The position numbers and the translations under genes are program-made. The notes under the pieces are model-generated. The model did no database searches. It was not told where the DNA came from and saw only the letters and a program-made list of their open reading frames with translations. Positions 60,075 through 64,000 of a stretch of DNA of 64,000 bases are shown piece by piece. Origin of the DNA: Spirochaetaceae bacterium (GTDB lineage: Bacteria; Spirochaetota; Spirochaetia; WTKD01); NCBI GenBank assembly GCA_011524535.1, contig WTKD01000014.1, positions 28,519-92,518 on the forward strand. The letters run 5' to 3'. Numbering within the stretch: the stretch's first letter is position 1; each line of letters begins with the position of its first letter.

Positions 60075-61472
60075 CTAGACCACTTCTATGTTCTTCGCTG
60101 ACTCTTCGTGTTGTGACTGCAGACGCTGTATCTGCATACGAGATACTATAAATGTAGCAATACCAGCTACCCAGTTTATCACAAAAAGACCCCACCAAAC
60201 CCCAAATAAATTCCAACCGAATACATTTGCAAACAGCGGAAACACCGCTAATGGCACCAAGAATTGTCGAGCAATACTTATATAGAATGTAACCGTTGGT
60301 CTTTTTATACCCTGAAGCACACCATTTCCCTGAAAAATCAAAATGTACGAATAAAACGTAAGCGCCTGTATGAGCATGTACTGGCCACCGATAATAATAA
60401 CCTCTTGATTATCAGTAAACAAACGCATTATCGGTAATCGTAATGGTACGACCAATGCAAGTATAAACACCATGAACACGGCACTAAACTGCAAGGCTCG
60501 CTTATAACTCTCCCTTACCCTGTCGAAGCGTTTAGCTCCGTTATTTTGTCCAACAAGGGCACTCAAAGCAAGGTTTATTCCCATGGTCGGTAATAGCGCA
60601 ATCTGTTCAATTCTCAAAGCAGAGCCATAGGCAGCTAGAGCATTTTCGCCACCATATATGGTAACAAAATAATTTATAACAAATGCTCCTAACGCGATGG
60701 TCATCATGCTAAGTGATGCCGGAATCCCCTGCGTTAATATATCCCAACTGTATTTTTTATTGAGTAGAAATTCCCTGGGTTTTGCTCCCTTAAAGGATCC
60801 ATGTTTGATAGAAACGCTTAAAAGATATACAAACGAAAGAATTTGTACCAGTATCGTCGCAAAAGCAATCCCGCCTATGCCCATGGCTGGAATAATTTGC
60901 ACCGATCCCATGTTAAATCCATACATAAACAATGGATCAAGTCCAATGTTTAAGATAGTTCCAACTATGAGGGTATTCCTATAATAAGAAGTCAATCCAC
61001 GTGCATTCAATCCTGCGTTAACTATGTTAACGCCAACAAAAAACACACTCCCAAGTACTACTATCCTCGAATACTCAATGGCATATTCAAGCACCTGCGC
61101 ATTCTCAATTCCAAGAAGCAGATAGAGAGATTTCAAAAATGGCATAACCACAATGATCGCTACAATGTTTACCAAAAGGCCTACACCGAGCGCATAACTC
61201 TGATAGCGAATAGCGTCTTCTTTTTTGTTTGCTCCTATGGAATTTGCTATTAGCGACATAGCTCCCGATGAAATACCGAAACTTAACCCCAAAATAATGA
61301 TAAATATGGGGAAGCCCGCAGTGAGAGCAGCTAGAGCCGACGTTGAGAATCTACCAGCATAAAATGTATCAACTACGTTGTACATAGTATTAAAAAACAT
61401 ACCTATGCTCGCCGGCACCGCTATTTTTAATATCAACTTTGGAATGGATTCTTTGACCAAATCTTGCGACAT
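60075..61472 (-). CDS. MATE family efflux transporter
   Basis: 12-TM profile with a MATE-like N-terminus (PASIGMFFNTMYNVVDTFYAGR). Confidence 0.85.
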   Translation of the reverse strand: MSQDLVKESIPKLILKIAVPASIGMFFNTMYNVVDTFYAGRFSTSALAALTAGFPIFIIILGLSFGISSGAMSLIANSIGANKKEDAIRYQSYALGVGLLVNIVAIIVVMPFLKSLYLLLGIENAQVLEYAIEYSRIVVLGSVFFVGVNIVNAGLNARGLTSYYRNTLIVGTILNIGLDPLFMYGFNMGSVQIIPAMGIGGIAFATILVQILSFVYLLSVSIKHGSFKGAKPREFLLNKKYSWDILTQGIPASLSMMTIALGAFVINYFVTIYGGENALAAYGSALRIEQIALLPTMGINLALSALVGQNNGAKRFDRVRESYKRALQFSAVFMVFILALVVPLRLPIMRLFTDNQEVIIIGGQYMLIQALTFYSYILIFQGNGVLQGIKRPTVTFYISIARQFLVPLAVFPLFANVFGWNLFGVWWGLFVINWVAGIATFIVSRMQIQRLQSQHEESAKNIEVV

Positions 61473-61552
61473 GAAAAATTGTATATTTTTGATATGAAAA
61501 TAACAACAAGTGAGTATGTATATTTCAACTATCCGGAATATACCAGTTTCAG

Positions 61553-62320
61553 CTAAATTCTAATAGAACCAGAGTGAATTTTGTGAATCTTCTGGTGGCA
61601 TTCAATGAGTAATTCCCCTTCTTCTGTAATTCCTCGGTGCACTCCTTCGATATATCTTGATTGTGAAAGATCGACTACTATTTTCTTGTGCAACCGCCAC
61701 ATATACGGTTCCAGAGCTGCTGTCCATGATTCTGCGTACACCGTTTCTTCCAGCGAAGAACGTATTTTATGGAATAACTCCAAGATAGGTGGAATAACCC
61801 CGAATTCATAGGCTATAGATGTTGCCGGTTTCTCTCTTTCAACCAAATGTGTCTGCCTACCAATATTGACTCCTATGCCTACAGCGACCCAATCTTTCTT
61901 ATATTCAATCAAGATGCCAGCTATTTTTTTGTCCCTTACAAATACATCGTTCGGCCATTTTATGGTTATTGGAGCAGATTCAGTCCCATAGTCATTGAGG
62001 GCTCTAAAAACCGCCAGAGCCGCCCGCAACGCGCAATGACCGTATCCCGTCGATGGATATCGACGCAGTCTTCTGCCATCAACAAGTATAGTAGTCAAAA
62101 GATTTTCACCAGAAACGTCCTCCCAGGCTTTCCCGTGATTTCCTCTTCCTTGAGTTTGATGACCGGCGATCACACCGGTGCCATTCACAGTATTTGAATC
62201 CAAAATATTGGATGCACAATCCATAGTCGAGGACACTGTATCGAAGGTATATACAGGTCCGTTTAAGAGAGTAGAAACACACATTGTGGTTATTATATAT
62301 TGCAGCGATGGTTTCTTCAT
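61553..62320 (-). CDS. birA: Biotin--[acetyl-CoA-carboxylase] ligase (group I, no HTH); the start is uncertain
   Basis: The GRGNHGKAW motif corresponds to the BPL GRGRxGRxW signature. The start must lie at or below about 62333 because argC is divergent. Confidence 0.65.
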   Translation of the reverse strand: MKKPSLQYIITTMCVSTLLNGPVYTFDTVSSTMDCASNILDSNTVNGTGVIAGHQTQGRGNHGKAWEDVSGENLLTTILVDGRRLRRYPSTGYGHCALRAALAVFRALNDYGTESAPITIKWPNDVFVRDKKIAGILIEYKKDWVAVGIGVNIGRQTHLVEREKPATSIAYEFGVIPPILELFHKIRSSLEETVYAESWTAALEPYMWRLHKKIVVDLSQSRYIEGVHRGITEEGELLIECHQKIHKIHSGSIRI

Positions 62321-62333
62321 GAGACCATACATC

Positions 62334-63329
62334 ATGCGTGTGATAGTCCTCGGTGTTACCGGGTATACAGGAAAAGAACTCATTTCGCTCATGCTCAACC
62401 ACCCGGACATAACAGAAATACTACCCGTTTCAAAATCGCAGGTCGGTGTACCTATCTCCACTATCCATAAAGACATTCCTTATAATCATCCAAAATTTGC
62501 CCCAACTAGGTATCAAACAATATCGCTCGAAGAGGCCCATACGTATACATCATCAACCGTTTTTTCTTGCCTACCCCATCGCTCTTCGCACACTACCTGT
62601 CACGAATTTCTTGATCATGCCCGCATTATCGATCTCTCCGCAGACTACAGACTAACACCAAAAACCTATGAAGCTGTCTATAGTACTTCACCACCTCTAA
62701 TCAATGCTGACCTCAGGGTAGCATACGGATTATGCGAATTGTATCGTGAAGAAATAAGAACGGCGGATGTCGTCGCGGTGCCAGGATGCTTTGCCGGCAC
62801 AGTATTATCAGTGCTTCTCCCTCTCCAGCGAAATTCTTTGCTGCCTAAGTCGGTATCTTGTGTGGCGATGACCGGTATCTCTGGGGCTGGAAAGCAAGCG
62901 AATAACACGTTTTCATTTTGTGAACGCAATGAAAACATCACCGCATATACGCCACTGCATACCCATCGCCATGTATTTGAAATAGAAGAAAAGCTGGACA
63001 ATGCCGTTTCGGTATCATTTACACCCGTGTTGACCCCTGTGCAACGAGGTATCTATGCAATTCTTAGCATGAATGTAGGGAATCCAGAAGAACTCATACA
63101 AGCCCTCAGCGAATACTATGCCGATGCACCATTTGTTGTGGTAGACCCCAAACACATTCCATCTCTATCAGATGTCTTATATACGAATACATACCGTATC
63201 GGAACCTGTAGCGAAAACAATACTCTGCAATGCTTTGCCTGTAGCGATAATCTCAGAAAGGGCGCCAGTGGACAGGCTCTTCAATGCTTCAATATCATGT
63301 ATTCTTTACAAGAACAGCGAGGGCTATAA
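62334..63329 (+). CDS. argC: N-acetyl-gamma-glutamyl-phosphate reductase
   Basis: N-terminus MRVIVLGVTGYTGKEL and catalytic Cys region (PGCFAG). The start coordinate is approximate (+/- 2 nt). Confidence 0.85.
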   Translation: MRVIVLGVTGYTGKELISLMLNHPDITEILPVSKSQVGVPISTIHKDIPYNHPKFAPTRYQTISLEEAHTYTSSTVFSCLPHRSSHTTCHEFLDHARIIDLSADYRLTPKTYEAVYSTSPPLINADLRVAYGLCELYREEIRTADVVAVPGCFAGTVLSVLLPLQRNSLLPKSVSCVAMTGISGAGKQANNTFSFCERNENITAYTPLHTHRHVFEIEEKLDNAVSVSFTPVLTPVQRGIYAILSMNVGNPEELIQALSEYYADAPFVVVDPKHIPSLSDVLYTNTYRIGTCSENNTLQCFACSDNLRKGASGQALQCFNIMYSLQEQRGL

Positions 63330-63337
63330 CCCAAATC

Positions 63338-64000
63338 ATGACAATTATCAAACTTGGTGGATCGTATTTGAATGATGGAATATCTCTGAATATATGTGCA
63401 GCATTTCTGAAATCTTGCTCCGGACCCATTGCGATCGTACATGGAGGTGGCCATTATATCGATACACTTGCCAAAACAATGAATATTCACTCTGAAAAGA
63501 AAGAAGGCATACGTATTACAAGCCGGGAATTGATGGATGTTGTAGACATGGTATTGAATGGAAAGGTAAATACATGGATAGTACGCAATCTCTGCGCAAT
63601 GGGGCTACCCGCCCTGGGATTTTCTCTTTCCTCGCTGCACATGGCAAAGACAAACCAACAGAATTCCAAAAATTTCACTGGGAGCATCGGATCGATCAAT
63701 ATAAAACCACTACTGAGTATGATTTCTAATGGCATTCTCCCTGTAATTTCTCCCACTGCGATGAATTCTACTGGAGAGGGGATAAATATAAACGCCGATA
63801 ACGCAGCCGCCGATATTGCCGTGGCAACAAAGGCCCATTCGCTGTTGTATGTCAGCGACGTTCCGGGGATAAAAAACGGAGAAACCCTTATTCCTTCTCT
63901 ATCAACCAGCCGCGCCGACGCACTCATTTCCGAGCAGGTCATACAAGCGGGGATGATAGCAAAAATACGAGCCGTACAACATGCTCTACAAGGGGGTGTT
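63338..64000 (+). CDS. argB: Acetylglutamate kinase, 5' portion; it continues beyond the window and is absent from the ORF track because there is no stop
   Basis: My own translation from the ATG at 63338 gives MTIIKLGGSYLND...IVHGGG...NINAD, an amino-acid kinase family signature. Confidence 0.8.
   Translation, partial: MTIIKLGGSYLNDGISLNICAAFLKSCSGPIAIVHGGGHYIDTLAKTMNIHSEKKEGIRITSRELMDVVDMVLNGKVNTWIVRNLCAMGLPALGFSLSSLHMAKTNQQNSKNFTGSIGSINIKPLLSMISNGILPVISPTAMNSTGEGININADNAAADIAVATKAHSLLYVSDVPGIKNGETLIPSLSTSRADALISEQVIQAGMIAKIRAVQHALQGGV

Noticed and set aside
63487-63942. A 151-aa minus-strand ORF at the window end.
   Set aside because: It is antisense to the clearly recognisable argB reading frame (IVHGGG, NINAD motifs), which continues off the window on the plus strand.
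1-64000. A CRISPR array or other short periodic repeats.
   Set aside because: No regularly spaced direct repeats were seen. The only tandem repeats are the TA microsatellite at 1449-1470 and the in-frame 30-nt repeat inside the lptC-like gene.

Overview
This 64-kb window is low-GC (about 40% by eye), gene-dense chromosomal DNA from a diderm bacterium. An Lpt LPS-export module (lptC-like, lptA-like, lptB) is present. I cannot assign the lineage from sequence alone. Almost everything is housekeeping. It starts with the 3' part of an M3B oligoendopeptidase F, and four tRNA loci follow across the window (Leu-GAG, Arg-CCT, Arg-TCT plus Pro-TGG, Leu-CAG). After pepF and tRNA-Leu-GAG come an orphan 700-aa ORF, a PfkB kinase, tRNA-Arg-CCT, an AlaX-type editing protein, PtsN and a CPA2 antiporter. 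MetE and an orphan 637-aa P-loop protein precede a pyrimidine cluster (pyrC-pyrB, a fused pyrF-pyrE, class-1 pyrD), with thyX convergent behind an SDR and an aldo/keto reductase. A complete TCA-cycle operon lies on the minus strand: sdhA-sdhB-sucC-sucD-sucA-sucB-lpdA-gltA. No membrane-anchor sdhC/D gene is adjacent. Downstream are a NUDIX hydrolase, a GGDEF cyclase, tRNA-Arg-TCT and tRNA-Pro-TGG, nth, two orphan proteins, adenosine deaminase, a RecQ-family helicase, a Gfo/Idh/MocA oxidoreductase, a glycoside-hydrolase-like protein, an NTP-transferase and a DedA-family membrane protein. A xylose operon (xylFGH-xylA-xylB) sits behind a near-consensus sigma70 promoter with palindromic operator-like sites and no local regulator gene. 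The window ends with a 5'-truncated Cys/Met-family PLP homolog, the pyrG-lptC-lptA-lptB operon, lipB, a YmdB-like phosphoesterase, tRNA-Leu-CAG, an MCP-like protein whose signalling tip is degenerate, a MATE transporter, birA, and argC-argB (argB runs off the window). I found no CRISPR array, transposase, integrase, phage genes or recognisable defence system. The items most worth a second look are the PEPCK/HPrK-like orphan P-loop protein, the anchor-less SdhAB in a compact TCA operon, the ODCase-OPRTase fusion, the truncated and Lys-less CGS-like PLP protein, the degenerate MCP, and the xyl promoter/operator architecture. Start codons were refined by ORF-frame arithmetic and may be off by a few nucleotides.
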